Below, piece by piece: positions 10,909-21,214 of a stretch of 64,000 nt of DNA. Source of the DNA: Candidatus Nomurabacteria bacterium GW2011_GWE1_32_28. GTDB taxonomy: Bacteria > Patescibacteriota > Minisyncoccia > Phycocordibacterales > UBA9973. A program made the position numbers and the translations under genes. The notes under the pieces were generated by a model. It was not told the DNA's origin and did no database searches. It worked only from the letters and a program-made list of their open reading frames with translations. The stretch covers positions 15,411-79,410 of the forward strand of contig LBOM01000003.1 of NCBI GenBank assembly GCA_000989515.1. The letters run 5' to 3'. The first letter of the stretch is position 1. Each line of letters starts with the position of its first letter.

Positions 10909-11967
10909 TCATATGATTCGTTCAAGACCTTTTGGATTAAGTGAATATTGATAAGCACTTTCTATTGTTATTTCTCCTGCACGTACAAGCTCTAGTAATG
11001 AATGATTTAAATCTATCATACCAAATTTACTTCCTGTCTCTATAATCACATCTATCTCTTTTGTACGTTTTTCACGAATAAGATTAGCAACAGCATCGTT
11101 ATTTAATAATAATTCATAAGCAGGTATAAGCCCACCTGTAATTCTCGGTATCAGTCTTTGAGAAAAAATACCAAGCAAACTAGATGATAACTCTGTACGA
11201 ATCTGGTCTTGCTGATTACCTGGGAAGGAATCTATTATTCTGTCTATTGTCTGTGAAGCATTATTTGTATGTAGTGTAGAAAGTACTAGGTGTCCTGTCT
11301 CTGCAGCAGTGACAGCCGTTGAGATTGTTTCAGAATTACGCATCTCGCCTATCATTATAACATTCACATCTTCACGAAAAACTGATTTTAGTGCTGTATT
11401 AAAATCCTTAGTATCAATACCTACTTCACGTTGATCAATAATAGCTTTATTCTGAGTATAAATATATTCAATCGGGTCTTCTATCGTTATAATATGACGA
11501 GACTGTTCATTGTTTATCAGATTAACCATTGCCGACAATGTAGTAGACTTACCTTGACCAACAGGTCCAACCACTAAGAAAAATCCTTGTTTTTTACGAG
11601 CTAGATCTGCGATGATAGGAGGCAAATGAAGCTCTTCTAATGTTTTTACCTTGGGTACTAACCTAAAAGCGACACTTATCAAACCTCTTTGAAAAAAAGC
11701 ATTACCACGGAGACGTGCTTCACCACGAAAATCATAAGAGAAATCTACTTCTTGTTCTTCTAAAAATTTTGCTAATTTTGTTTTACCAAGAATCTCACCT
11801 AAAAAACCAAGAATATCCTCATTATTTAAAACTCTATTTTTTAAAAGAAAAATAAGTTCTCCTGATATACGAATAGCTGGAACTTTTCCAACACCCAAAT
11901 GTAAATCCGAGCCATTCTCGCGCATAACAATTAAAATAAGCTCCTCTAGTTCTTTTTTATAATCCAT
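10909..11967 (-). CDS. pilT: type IV pilus retraction ATPase
   Basis: GPVGQGKST, TIEDPIE, AETGHLV, AVANLIRE. Confidence 0.95.
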   Translation of the reverse strand: MDYKKELEELILIVMRENGSDLHLGVGKVPAIRISGELIFLLKNRVLNNEDILGFLGEILGKTKLAKFLEEQEVDFSYDFRGEARLRGNAFFQRGLISVAFRLVPKVKTLEELHLPPIIADLARKKQGFFLVVGPVGQGKSTTLSAMVNLINNEQSRHIITIEDPIEYIYTQNKAIIDQREVGIDTKDFNTALKSVFREDVNVIMIGEMRNSETISTAVTAAETGHLVLSTLHTNNASQTIDRIIDSFPGNQQDQIRTELSSSLLGIFSQRLIPRITGGLIPAYELLLNNDAVANLIREKRTKEIDVIIETGSKFGMIDLNHSLLELVRAGEITIESAYQYSLNPKGLERII

Positions 11968-11991
11968 TGTGTTTAATTATTAATTCGTAAT

Positions 11992-12387
11992 TTATTTAAC
12001 AGTTTTTTTTGATAAAATCTCTATTACTTGTTCAATAACTTCGCCTGGAGTAGAATTTGCTTTTACAATATACCCTGAAGCTCCTAATACATTACCACGA
12101 TCAATATCGGATTGTTGGCTCTTGTTAGACAATATTATCTTCGTAGAATTAGAAGATAAATTATCATTATTTATTTTTTCTAACATTTCAAAACCATCCA
12201 TATCTGGCATAATTATGTCCATTAAAATAATGTCTGGCTTTAATCCATCTTTGAGTTTATCGATAACCTGCAATGCTCCTGGAGCTGTATAAACTTCAAA
12301 ATTATGTTGACTAAATTTGAACGCATACATATCTAAAAGAAATGTATCATCATCAACTATTAAAATTTTCTTTTTATCACCTTCCAT
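11992..12387 (-). CDS. single-domain response regulator receiver
   Basis: ILIVDDD, DIIMPDMDG, YIVK. Confidence 0.9.
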   Translation of the reverse strand: MEGDKKKILIVDDDTFLLDMYAFKFSQHNFEVYTAPGALQVIDKLKDGLKPDIILMDIIMPDMDGFEMLEKINNDNLSSNSTKIILSNKSQQSDIDRGNVLGASGYIVKANSTPGEVIEQVIEILSKKTVK

Positions 12388-12445
12388 ATTGTTTATATAA
12401 TTATATTACAAAATTACTCTTAACACTAATGGTTTGTGGACAACT

Positions 12446-14194
12446 TTAATTATTTTCCTCAGTAAAATTAAAAACCTCTTTATAAGGTATTATTCCATCT
12501 AAAGCCTTCAACATGGCATCTTCTCTCATTAAAAGCATCCCATCATTACGAGCTACTTTATAAATTTCAGAACCAATTGGATTTTTTAAAATAACTCTTT
12601 GCATCTCTTTGCTAACACTAAACATTTCATAAATAGCTATTCGGCCACGAGTACCAGAAGGACATTCTGAAGATGGCACTGTATCATACATTTCATTTTT
12701 AATCTCAATTTTACTTTTAAATTCATCAGGCAGGTCCTTTATTTCATTTTCAATTTGTAATTTAATACTTGGATCTATCGGAACAAGTTTCCTAGAAGAT
12801 GGACATGTCATTTTAGCTAAACGTTGAGCAACAGACAAAATAAGAGTAGGCGCAATAAGATAAGGATCAACTCCCATATCTATAAGACGAGGGATTGCAC
12901 CAATAGCATTATTTGTATGGAGCGAAGACAAAACAAGATGTCCTGTCAATGCTGCTTGAATAGCGAGCTGAGCTGTTTCTTTATCACGTATCTCTCCAAC
13001 CATTATTATATCTGGATCTTGTCGAAGAATAGAACGAAGCCCTGAAGCAAATGTGTATCCGATTTCTGGCATCATTTGAGATTGGTTAATATCTGGCATG
13101 TGATATTCAACTGGATCTTCAAGAGATACAATGTTGCTACTCTCTTTATCAAGTTCGTTCATCATAGAATAAAGTGTTGTAGATTTTCCAGAACCCGTTG
13201 GTCCAGTAATTAAGATAAGTCCATAGGGCCTAGTTATGGCATCTCTAAGCATTTTAAGATTTCTTTGAGACAATCCCAACCCATCTAATGGTTTAACTCC
13301 TTTTTCAGAATCAAGAATACGTATGACAACTTTTTCACCATAGTATGCAGGCATAGTAGAAACACGAAAATCAATTTTATGTCCATCAAGAGTTGTACTA
13401 AAAGACCCATCTTGTGGTTTTCTTTTTTCATCTAAACGTAATTTGGCTAGAATTTTTATACGTGCGACTATACCGTTGTAAACGTTTGGGGGTAATATAA
13501 TAGAAGTATGAAGAGTTCCATCTACACGAAAACGCACTTTGACTTTTTCTCCAGTATTTTCTATGTGTATATCAGAGGCATTACCTTCTATGGCGTCACG
13601 CAACATAGCAGAAACAATTTTTATAACTGGAGCATCTTCAACTATTTTTTTTTCTTCACTTGATTTTTTATTAATATTTTCTTTATCTAAATTTTTTGAT
13701 TCACTTAGATTCTTTTCTTTTCTTTCATCTTCTGTAAATTGATCCAAGGCTTCTTCAACTTGGACAGTTAATCCTTGGTAAGTCTCCATTATGTTTTTAT
13801 AATCAGTATTAGAAATAAGAAAAATCTTAAAAGGAATACCTAATTTAGATGAAATAAATTGCAATGCATCAATAGCTTGAGAATTTTCTCCATCTAAAAT
13901 ACCAACCTCTAATATACCTTCCCTAAATTCGATTGGGGCAAAACCATAATGCTTCGCAGCATCTTCTGGAATATATTTTAATGCTTCAAAAGATAAATTT
14001 TTAGATTCTATATGTTTTGTCGGTATCTGAAAATATTCACCCTTTATTTCAAGTATTTTTTCTTCTGAAATGCCAAATTCAATTAAAGCTTCGTCAATAC
14101 TACCACCCTTTTTTTCTTTAGCATTATTTTTTATTTCATCTATTTGTGTATTATTTATTACACCTTTTTTTGCTAATTCTTCTAAAAAACTCAT
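12446..14194 (-). CDS. pilB: type IV pilus assembly ATPase (GspE/PilB)
   Basis: ASDIHIE, GPTGSGKST, LRQDPD, TGHLV. Confidence 0.95.
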   Translation of the reverse strand: MSFLEELAKKGVINNTQIDEIKNNAKEKKGGSIDEALIEFGISEEKILEIKGEYFQIPTKHIESKNLSFEALKYIPEDAAKHYGFAPIEFREGILEVGILDGENSQAIDALQFISSKLGIPFKIFLISNTDYKNIMETYQGLTVQVEEALDQFTEDERKEKNLSESKNLDKENINKKSSEEKKIVEDAPVIKIVSAMLRDAIEGNASDIHIENTGEKVKVRFRVDGTLHTSIILPPNVYNGIVARIKILAKLRLDEKRKPQDGSFSTTLDGHKIDFRVSTMPAYYGEKVVIRILDSEKGVKPLDGLGLSQRNLKMLRDAITRPYGLILITGPTGSGKSTTLYSMMNELDKESSNIVSLEDPVEYHMPDINQSQMMPEIGYTFASGLRSILRQDPDIIMVGEIRDKETAQLAIQAALTGHLVLSSLHTNNAIGAIPRLIDMGVDPYLIAPTLILSVAQRLAKMTCPSSRKLVPIDPSIKLQIENEIKDLPDEFKSKIEIKNEMYDTVPSSECPSGTRGRIAIYEMFSVSKEMQRVILKNPIGSEIYKVARNDGMLLMREDAMLKALDGIIPYKEVFNFTEENN

Positions 14195-14201
14195 AATTAA
14201 A

Positions 14202-14606
14202 TTAAGGCATCTCTTTTTCTATTTCTTTTTCTTTTTCTACAGTATCAGATAATTTGATAATTTGATCACTACCAATAGGAGCAAACGGATTTATTCTTCC
14301 TTCACCACCCGGAGATGTAAGCAAAATACTAGAATCATGTAAATTAATAAAAGCCTTGTTTGAAAAAATAGAATCATCTAATCTTATGTTTTTTACACCA
14401 AGTAATACAGAAAGAAAATCTTGAGAAACTGCAAAAGAATCTCCATTTGGTGTATCGGATGTAGAAAACATTGGATCAAAAGATGATGAATTAGAAGAAA
14501 TTAAGTTATTTTCTTCTGGGGCTTTTTTAATTAAAAATACATATATTAAAATTAAAGAAACTCCTATCACCATAAATATTATTATATTTTTTATTTTTGA
14601 AGACAT
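14202..14606 (-). CDS. membrane-anchored pilus accessory protein (PilP-like position)
   Basis: N-terminal TM, GRINPFAP motif, located after pilMNO. Confidence 0.6.
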   Translation of the reverse strand: MSSKIKNIIIFMVIGVSLILIYVFLIKKAPEENNLISSNSSSFDPMFSTSDTPNGDSFAVSQDFLSVLLGVKNIRLDDSIFSNKAFINLHDSSILLTSPGGEGRINPFAPIGSDQIIKLSDTVEKEKEIEKEMP

Positions 14607-14613
14607 TTTTATT

Positions 14614-15219
14614 TTAATTCTTTAACCAATAAGTCTTAATTTTAAAATTATATTTATAAATTTCCGATAAAGATAAGTTAACTCCTTCGTTAAAGGAAGC
14701 CGTACTACTTGAAGAAAATTCAACTGAAGATATATCAACAATTCTAAGATTATTTTCTAAATCTTTTATAAAAGAAATAAAATTATTATAAGTCCCCTGA
14801 GAAGAAAATTCTAAATTCAAAATTCTATAACCAAGAGGACTAGTGTCTTTTATTTCAGTATTAAATCCCTTAGCATTTTCTGTTTGAACTTCCTTATTTG
14901 TTGTATCATATTTTATATCCTTAAGGACCATACTATATGGTGCTGCTATTTTTTCTATTTCAAGAATCAAACGAATATTGTCTATATTGTCAGGCAAAAG
15001 TTTTTGAAGTTTAGACAAATCATCTACTTTAAATGAATTAAACTTCTGAGTTAATTTATCTCTCTCTGCTTCAAGAGTTTTCGAGTTATTTAAAGCATCA
15101 TTATAAGATACTATTTTTTCTCTAGCTAAAGAAATCTCATTGTAGTATGGATTAGTAAATGAAAAAAACATCGTTATTGCTATTCCTATTAAAATGGTTG
15201 GTGTAATAAATTTAAACAT
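14614..15219 (-). CDS. pilO: PilO-like protein
   Basis: TM, LLPD, GTYNNFISFIKDLENNLRIVDI. Confidence 0.85.
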   Translation of the reverse strand: MFKFITPTILIGIAITMFFSFTNPYYNEISLAREKIVSYNDALNNSKTLEAERDKLTQKFNSFKVDDLSKLQKLLPDNIDNIRLILEIEKIAAPYSMVLKDIKYDTTNKEVQTENAKGFNTEIKDTSPLGYRILNLEFSSQGTYNNFISFIKDLENNLRIVDISSVEFSSSSTASFNEGVNLSLSEIYKYNFKIKTYWLKN

Positions 15220-15227
15220 AATTAATT

Positions 15228-15851
15228 TTATATATCCTTATTATTTAAAAAATCTTCACCGACAGATTCAAGTGTTTTTTTGTAATCAACAAAATTCGGA
15301 TCAACTGAAAACTCTAGATCAAAAAGAACGCTACCTTTATCATCAAGAGATAGATTGGAAAAAATAGGATCAATAAAATATTTATTTTTTGCAAAAAGAT
15401 CAGATTGTAATGCTACAGACTTATAGCCAACTGCAACTCCATTCATTTTTACTTCTATTTTTACGCCAACATTATCAGGGAAACTATAACTAAACTTAGT
15501 ATAGGCAATCGTTTTCATCGTAATAGATTGTAGTGCTTCAAATATAGGAGAAATAGCAATATGTTTAGATAAAATTTCGTTTGAAGCATTTAAGCGTTTA
15601 TCTAAAACCTGAAGTTGGATTATTTTTGATGGTTCAAAGCGATTTTTGGCTAAATTTAAATCATTCTCCATGCTTATTATATTCTTTTTCAAGAGTTCAT
15701 TGTAAAAATAAAGAGCCCCAGTTCCAATAACAATAGTAAAAAAAATAAAAATAGAAATAATAGTAAAAAAACTAACTGGCTGTGACCCAGTAGATCGTTT
15801 TTCAATCATTGGCTTTTTAGGTATGAAAGATGTTTGAAAATTTTGCTCCAT
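15228..15851 (-). CDS. pilN: PilN-like protein
   Basis: QTSFIPK start, TM and coiled coil, between pilM and pilO. Confidence 0.7.
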   Translation of the reverse strand: MEQNFQTSFIPKKPMIEKRSTGSQPVSFFTIISIFIFFTIVIGTGALYFYNELLKKNIISMENDLNLAKNRFEPSKIIQLQVLDKRLNASNEILSKHIAISPIFEALQSITMKTIAYTKFSYSFPDNVGVKIEVKMNGVAVGYKSVALQSDLFAKNKYFIDPIFSNLSLDDKGSVLFDLEFSVDPNFVDYKKTLESVGEDFLNNKDI

Positions 15852-15950
15852 ATTATATTCAATTACAAATTATTAATTAAAAATTTAAAATTTAAAATTA
15901 TTGATGCTTTTTAAATTCGTAATCTTTAATTACATATTTATTATCTCAAT

Positions 15951-17081
15951 TTATTGCAACTTTCGCAAGGCTAAACCAATAGCAACCGCAAATTCAGGAC
16001 CAGTAGCCTCTAAAACTTTTCCTAAAAATTCTGGTGCACCAACTTTAGAGAAAGAATGTCCTATCTCTATCTCTGCACGAAAGTTATTAGATGCTACTTC
16101 TTTTAATCCTTTCAAGAGAGACCCACCACCCGTAAATATTACCTTGCTGATGGTTCTGTCATACTTTTTCTCATACCCTAATAATACATTATTTGTTTCT
16201 GAAAAGATATAATCTACATGAACCTTAATTATATCAGCCAAATCTTTTTCAGTAGGATTTTCAAAAAGACCAAACTCTTTTTTTAATTCTTCTGCTTTTG
16301 AAAATGAAACACTTAAAGATTTTGAAATAGAATCAGAAATGTCTGCTCCTCCACGATTTATGGTATGAAAACCTTTAACCATACCAAATTCTACAAGAGA
16401 AAGTTTTGTGCTGGATGCCCCAAAATCAATCAGAAGAACTAAAGAAAGCTCATGTTCAAAATTTGACCTAATAGAAGAAAAAATCTCAATCTCAAAAAAG
16501 CTAGCCTCTAAACTAGACAACGATACAATGGAACGATATTTAGAAATCGCATTATTTTGAATTGCTACTATTAGTACTTCAGTTTTTTCTGGTAAGAGTA
16601 AAGAAGATTTCTCTTCACTGTTTGCTTCTTCAAAAGAAGACTCTTTCTGCGGTAAAATAAAATAATCCAAAGAAATCTCTGTCATTGGAATTGGAATATA
16701 TTTACGCGCTTCTGTCGCAACAACAGAAGAGATCTCGCTTTCCTTGATTTGAGAAGGAAGAGTAATAGTAAAAATCAAACTTGATTGTACTGGTATAGAA
16801 AAGGCAGAAGAAACAGTGTTGACTCCAGACTGTTTTAAAACTTCCTTTAATGCTTCTACTATCTTTTCAACTGGAAGACTAGTAACACGTCCAACATCAA
16901 CATCGGCATAAGAACCAAGTGCTATCGCTCCATAAGTCTCAAGAACAGCCTTACCTCCCTTTTTCTTTATTTCAACAACCTTAATAGAAGAAGTACCGAT
17001 GTCTATTCCAACAACGCTTTCACTGTCCCCGCCTTTAAAAAGGTTAATATTTGAAAAAATTTTTTTAATTGGATTATCCAT
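15951..17081 (-). CDS. pilM: type IV pilus assembly protein PilM
   Basis: GIDIGTSSIK, DFGASST, TGGGS, AIGLALR. Confidence 0.95.
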   Translation of the reverse strand: MDNPIKKIFSNINLFKGGDSESVVGIDIGTSSIKVVEIKKKGGKAVLETYGAIALGSYADVDVGRVTSLPVEKIVEALKEVLKQSGVNTVSSAFSIPVQSSLIFTITLPSQIKESEISSVVATEARKYIPIPMTEISLDYFILPQKESSFEEANSEEKSSLLLPEKTEVLIVAIQNNAISKYRSIVSLSSLEASFFEIEIFSSIRSNFEHELSLVLLIDFGASSTKLSLVEFGMVKGFHTINRGGADISDSISKSLSVSFSKAEELKKEFGLFENPTEKDLADIIKVHVDYIFSETNNVLLGYEKKYDRTISKVIFTGGGSLLKGLKEVASNNFRAEIEIGHSFSKVGAPEFLGKVLEATGPEFAVAIGLALRKLQ

Positions 17082-17113
17082 TTTCTTAAATTACGTTTAT
17101 AATTATAACATAT

Positions 17114-17839
17114 ATGAAATTTTTTGATACTATACTAAATGTGATTTTTCCTGTGAATTGTGTTTCTTGTGGAAAAACAGGCTCAAGCTTGTGTATAGAA
17201 TGTCTTTTAAATTCTAAGCCAGCAGAAAGAGAAAGCGCAACTTGGATATTTCCCTTATTTGATTATCGTCAACCACCTATTAAGAAATCTATTTGGCTTT
17301 TAAAATATAAAGGCAAAAAGAAACTTGCTAATACATTCGCAGAGATTATGTATGGCAGAATAATAGAAGAGCTTTCAGAATTAAGTATGATGAGTAATTT
17401 TTCTAATCCAATTTTAATTCCAATTCCACTTTCAAAAAAAAGATATAAAGAACGTGGATACAACCAATCACAATTAATTTGTGAAGAATTAATAAAAATA
17501 CAAAAAAGAAATGAAACTATCCCTACTTCAGTATCGCACTCCTTGATAGACAGAGGAGCTCCTAGTAAATCTAATATTTTAAATAAAAATTTTAATTTAT
17601 TAAACAATGTTTTAATAAAAATAAAAAATACAGAACACCAAGTAAATATTAAAGATAGAGATACTAGATTAAAAAATCTCTCAAATTCTTTTTTAGTTAA
17701 AAATTCTGAACTTATAAAAGGAAGAAATATTATTGTAATAGACGATGTACTTACCACAGGTGCTACACTAACTGAAGCAAAAAAAATATTAAAACAATTT
17801 GGTGTAAAAAAAGTAATCGCTTTCACAATAGCGCATTAA
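17114..17839 (+). CDS. comF: ComF family protein
   Basis: N-terminal CxxC...CxxC, RGYNQS, IDDVLTTGAT. Confidence 0.92.
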   Translation: MKFFDTILNVIFPVNCVSCGKTGSSLCIECLLNSKPAERESATWIFPLFDYRQPPIKKSIWLLKYKGKKKLANTFAEIMYGRIIEELSELSMMSNFSNPILIPIPLSKKRYKERGYNQSQLICEELIKIQKRNETIPTSVSHSLIDRGAPSKSNILNKNFNLLNNVLIKIKNTEHQVNIKDRDTRLKNLSNSFLVKNSELIKGRNIIVIDDVLTTGATLTEAKKILKQFGVKKVIAFTIAH

Positions 17840-17875
17840 TTTCCTAAAATTTATATCTTCATATATAATAAAGAT

Positions 17876-19039
17876 ATGAAATATTGTAAAGATTGTGAAC
17901 CGGCACAAGAAGTGCACGCTGTCGCTTACTTCTCTGTCGTAATGAATTATGTCAGTGAACCATTTTTTAATATTATGGAGATGCTTTTTAAAAGCACAGC
18001 AGAAGCTATTTCTAACAAGACTTCAATACCATTTTTAAAATTAATGGTCTTTCTAGGGCTTGCACATTTTTCTGATAAACCTGATGAAAAAGATTCTTTA
18101 CGTACAAGATGTTTTTGGGATGAAGCTATAAGACGTGGTATAAAAATGATTGAATTTAAAATGGGTCCAATAAAAGACTCTTTTATTGCAGAGTATAAAG
18201 GCAAAACGATAACCTTCGATGGATTACCTCGTTTAGAATCTGATTCTTTGAAATGGATGGACAATAAAGGGATAATGAAAATAAAATTCTTAAAAGAAGG
18301 CTTGCCCGTAGCAAAAGGAGGCACAGCCTTTACAAAAAGAAAAGCATTAAAAATATTTAAGGAAATAACAAAACCAGTAATAACAAAACCAAACTTAGGT
18401 TCACGTTCTCGTCACACACTCATACACATAGACACAGAAGAAAAACTTATTTATGGATTTAAAAAAGCAAAAAAGCTTTCTCCGTTAGTGGTAATAGAAG
18501 AAGAATTACGAGGATATTTATTTCGATGTACTTTGGTCGGAGGAAAATTTGTTGGTGCAGTGAGACGTGACCAACCAGAAGTAATAGGAGATGGAATACA
18601 TACATTAAAAGAATTAATGGATAAAGAAAACGAAAGACCAGAAAGAAAAGGACCAATATTTCATAAGATAGTCATTGACCCTGATGCAGAAATAGAATTA
18701 AAACGAGAAGGAATAAAAATGGAAGATGTTCCAGAAAAAGATAAAATAATTACATTTTCACAAAAGACAAGTCGTGGTATTGGTGGATCGACAACAGAAG
18801 TCACAGACATAGTACACCCTGAAAATATCAAAATGTTAGAAAAATTAGGAGCTTATTTAAAAGATCCATTAGTCGGTGTAGATTTAATAATAGAGAAAAT
18901 AGAAAAACCATGGTACACAGAACAACATTGCGGAATAATCGAATGCAATTCTCTACCTTTTATTGATCTTCACCACTACCCTCTTTTTGGTAAACCAAAT
19001 AATGTAGCAGGTAAACTCTGGGACCTTGCTTTACCATAA
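17876..19039 (+). CDS. ATP-grasp ligase (cyanophycin synthetase/GshAB-like ATP-grasp domain)
   Basis: PVITKP, VIGDGIHT, GVDLI, IIECNSLP. Confidence 0.75.
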   Translation: MKYCKDCEPAQEVHAVAYFSVVMNYVSEPFFNIMEMLFKSTAEAISNKTSIPFLKLMVFLGLAHFSDKPDEKDSLRTRCFWDEAIRRGIKMIEFKMGPIKDSFIAEYKGKTITFDGLPRLESDSLKWMDNKGIMKIKFLKEGLPVAKGGTAFTKRKALKIFKEITKPVITKPNLGSRSRHTLIHIDTEEKLIYGFKKAKKLSPLVVIEEELRGYLFRCTLVGGKFVGAVRRDQPEVIGDGIHTLKELMDKENERPERKGPIFHKIVIDPDAEIELKREGIKMEDVPEKDKIITFSQKTSRGIGGSTTEVTDIVHPENIKMLEKLGAYLKDPLVGVDLIIEKIEKPWYTEQHCGIIECNSLPFIDLHHYPLFGKPNNVAGKLWDLALP

Positions 19040-19050
19040 TCTAAAATAGA

Positions 19051-19545
19051 TTAATTTTCTTCTATTGTAATTTCTGACTTAGGATCGAAAGCATCTGGGT
19101 CTAATTTTAAATGAGAAATATATTTTTTTTGAACCACAAAATCACCTAAAAATTTTAAAAAATCTTCTCTCTTATCAATCTCTCCTCTTTCTTCCATATG
19201 TTTAAAGGGATGAGATTCAGGAGTAAATTCAAAATGTCCACAGATTTCTCCATCTTTATAAATTCGCAAATGATATTGCTCCTCAAAATCCATTAATTTT
19301 CTCCAGCTTAAAACCTGATCTTCATCTATCCAGGCAATAAAATGATTACCAAAACCCCATTTTGCATTAAGATGCAACTTGAGAGCCTCAAGACTTTTAC
19401 CAGGGGCAAGCCAACCAATATGATATTTTTGTCTACCCTTTTTGTGCCAAATAATCCCTGTTTTTAAAAGAAATTTACGAGTTGGTAAGAAAAAAGAATA
19501 TATATAATCCCATATTTTTTGTTTAATTTTATCGAAAAAAGTCAT
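19051..19545 (-). CDS. hypothetical protein
   Basis: 164-aa ORF with plausible composition; QYHLRIY...GHFE. Confidence 0.7.
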   Translation of the reverse strand: MTFFDKIKQKIWDYIYSFFLPTRKFLLKTGIIWHKKGRQKYHIGWLAPGKSLEALKLHLNAKWGFGNHFIAWIDEDQVLSWRKLMDFEEQYHLRIYKDGEICGHFEFTPESHPFKHMEERGEIDKREDFLKFLGDFVVQKKYISHLKLDPDAFDPKSEITIEEN

Positions 19546-19571
19546 GCATTTACTATATCATATATTTTTAA

Positions 19572-19599
19572 TTGACAGAATAGATAAAAAACATATAAT
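19572..19599 (+). promoter_or_regulatory. sigma70 promoter for a leaderless dsbA mRNA
   Basis: TTGACA-16 nt-TATAAT, then 6 nt to the ATG at 19606. Confidence 0.75.
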
Positions 19600-19605
19600 T
19601 AGCAA

Positions 19606-20427
19606 ATGGAAACAGAAAAAAATTTAGAAACACAAACACAAAATGAAGTAAAAGAGGTTGAAAAAATTACTATAAAAAATTTAGATAAAAACAAATTATC
19701 AATTCCTATGGCTATAATAATAGTTGGGGTATTGATAGCTGGATCAATATATTTTTCTTCAATTACACAAAATAATTCACAAAAAAATAATAACGGTTTA
19801 GCAATAACAACATTACCTATTGTAAGCAAAGAAGATAGAACGTTAGGTAATCCAAATGCAAAAGTAACAATTATTTTGTATGAAGATTTTCAATGTCCTT
19901 TTTGTGGAGCAGTCACAGGACTAGAACTTAATTCACCTTCAATGCAGCCTGTAATAAAATATCTAAAAGAAAGAGATCCAAATTGGGCCCCATATGTACC
20001 AGAAATTGTAAATAATTATGTAAAAAATGGAGATGTTTTATTGGTCTATAGAGATTTTACATTTTTAGGTAGAGAATCCACAAAATCAGCTGAAGCTGCA
20101 AGATGTGCAGGAGATCAGGATAAATTTTGGGAATACCATGATTATCTTTACTCTCATCAAAATGGTGAAAACGAAGGAGGTTTTTCTGATTCTAATTTAA
20201 AATCTTTTGCAAAAGACCTCAGCCTAGATTCTACTACATTTGACAAATGCCTCGATGAAAATAAACATGCGCAAGCCGTTGAAGATTCAAAAGAAGGAGG
20301 AAATAATGCTGGTGTTACAGGGACACCAAAAGGTTTTATTCTTAGAGATGGAAAAATAATGGGAACAATAGAAGGAGCAGAACCACTCTCAACTGTAAAA
20401 CCAAAAATTGAAGCAGCACTTAAATAA
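19606..20427 (+). CDS. DsbA-family thioredoxin-fold protein
   Basis: TM anchor, DFQCPFC, GVTGTP. Confidence 0.9.
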   Translation: METEKNLETQTQNEVKEVEKITIKNLDKNKLSIPMAIIIVGVLIAGSIYFSSITQNNSQKNNNGLAITTLPIVSKEDRTLGNPNAKVTIILYEDFQCPFCGAVTGLELNSPSMQPVIKYLKERDPNWAPYVPEIVNNYVKNGDVLLVYRDFTFLGRESTKSAEAARCAGDQDKFWEYHDYLYSHQNGENEGGFSDSNLKSFAKDLSLDSTTFDKCLDENKHAQAVEDSKEGGNNAGVTGTPKGFILRDGKIMGTIEGAEPLSTVKPKIEAALK

Positions 20428-20430
20428 ATT

Positions 20431-21036
20431 ATGGATTTTATTTTTAATCTAGATTTACAGACATTGGTTAAAACCATCGGTTATCTTGGTATATTTTTTA
20501 TAATCTTTGCTGAGTCTGGGTTATTTTTTGGATTTTTTTTACCAGGAGATTCTCTGTTGTTTACAGTGGGATTATTGGCGTCACAAGGATACTTTGATAT
20601 CTTATTACTAATTCTAGTTGTTACATTTGCAGCAGTTCTTGGTGATCAAATTGGGTATTTATTTGGAAAAAAAATTGGTCCTAAAATTTTTACTCATGAT
20701 GATTCTTTTTTATTTAAAAAGAAGTATATTTCAGATGCAGAAAATTTCTATCAAAAACATGGTAGAAAGGCTATCGTAATGGCACGTTTTATTCCAATAG
20801 TTCGTACATTCATACCAATTTTAGCAGGAGTGGGTAAAATGCATTACAGAACATTTATCACATACAACATATTCGGGGGGTTAATATGGGGTGCCGGCAT
20901 AACATTACTAGGATATTTCTTGGGCCAACAAATTCCAAATATTGATAAATATTTAATACCAATAATATTGCTTATAATATTAATCTCATTTTTACCTGCT
21001 ATATTTTCGTATATTTATAATAAATTAAAAACATAG
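20431..21036 (+). CDS. DedA/VTT family membrane protein
   Basis: FAESGL, LPGDSLL, ARFIPIVRT. Confidence 0.95.
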   Translation: MDFIFNLDLQTLVKTIGYLGIFFIIFAESGLFFGFFLPGDSLLFTVGLLASQGYFDILLLILVVTFAAVLGDQIGYLFGKKIGPKIFTHDDSFLFKKKYISDAENFYQKHGRKAIVMARFIPIVRTFIPILAGVGKMHYRTFITYNIFGGLIWGAGITLLGYFLGQQIPNIDKYLIPIILLIILISFLPAIFSYIYNKLKT

Positions 21037-21183
21037 AAATAATTTTTAGAATGCCTTGCACAGGAGTTTAGAAAATAAAAATGGTATTCCATTTATTATT
21101 TACTTGAACGACGAGCAGAACGCTCCCGAAGCTTCGCTAGATAGATTGCATTATAAAAATTATTTCTATGTTTTTAATTTATT
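21019..21183. mobile_element. 165-bp MITE-like element with 36-bp terminal inverted repeats, overlapping the dedA stop
   Basis: 21019-21054 and 21148-21183 are 35/36 complementary. Confidence 0.75.
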
Positions 21184-21214
21184 TATTTTATTTTATATAT
21201 GCTAAAATATAGAC

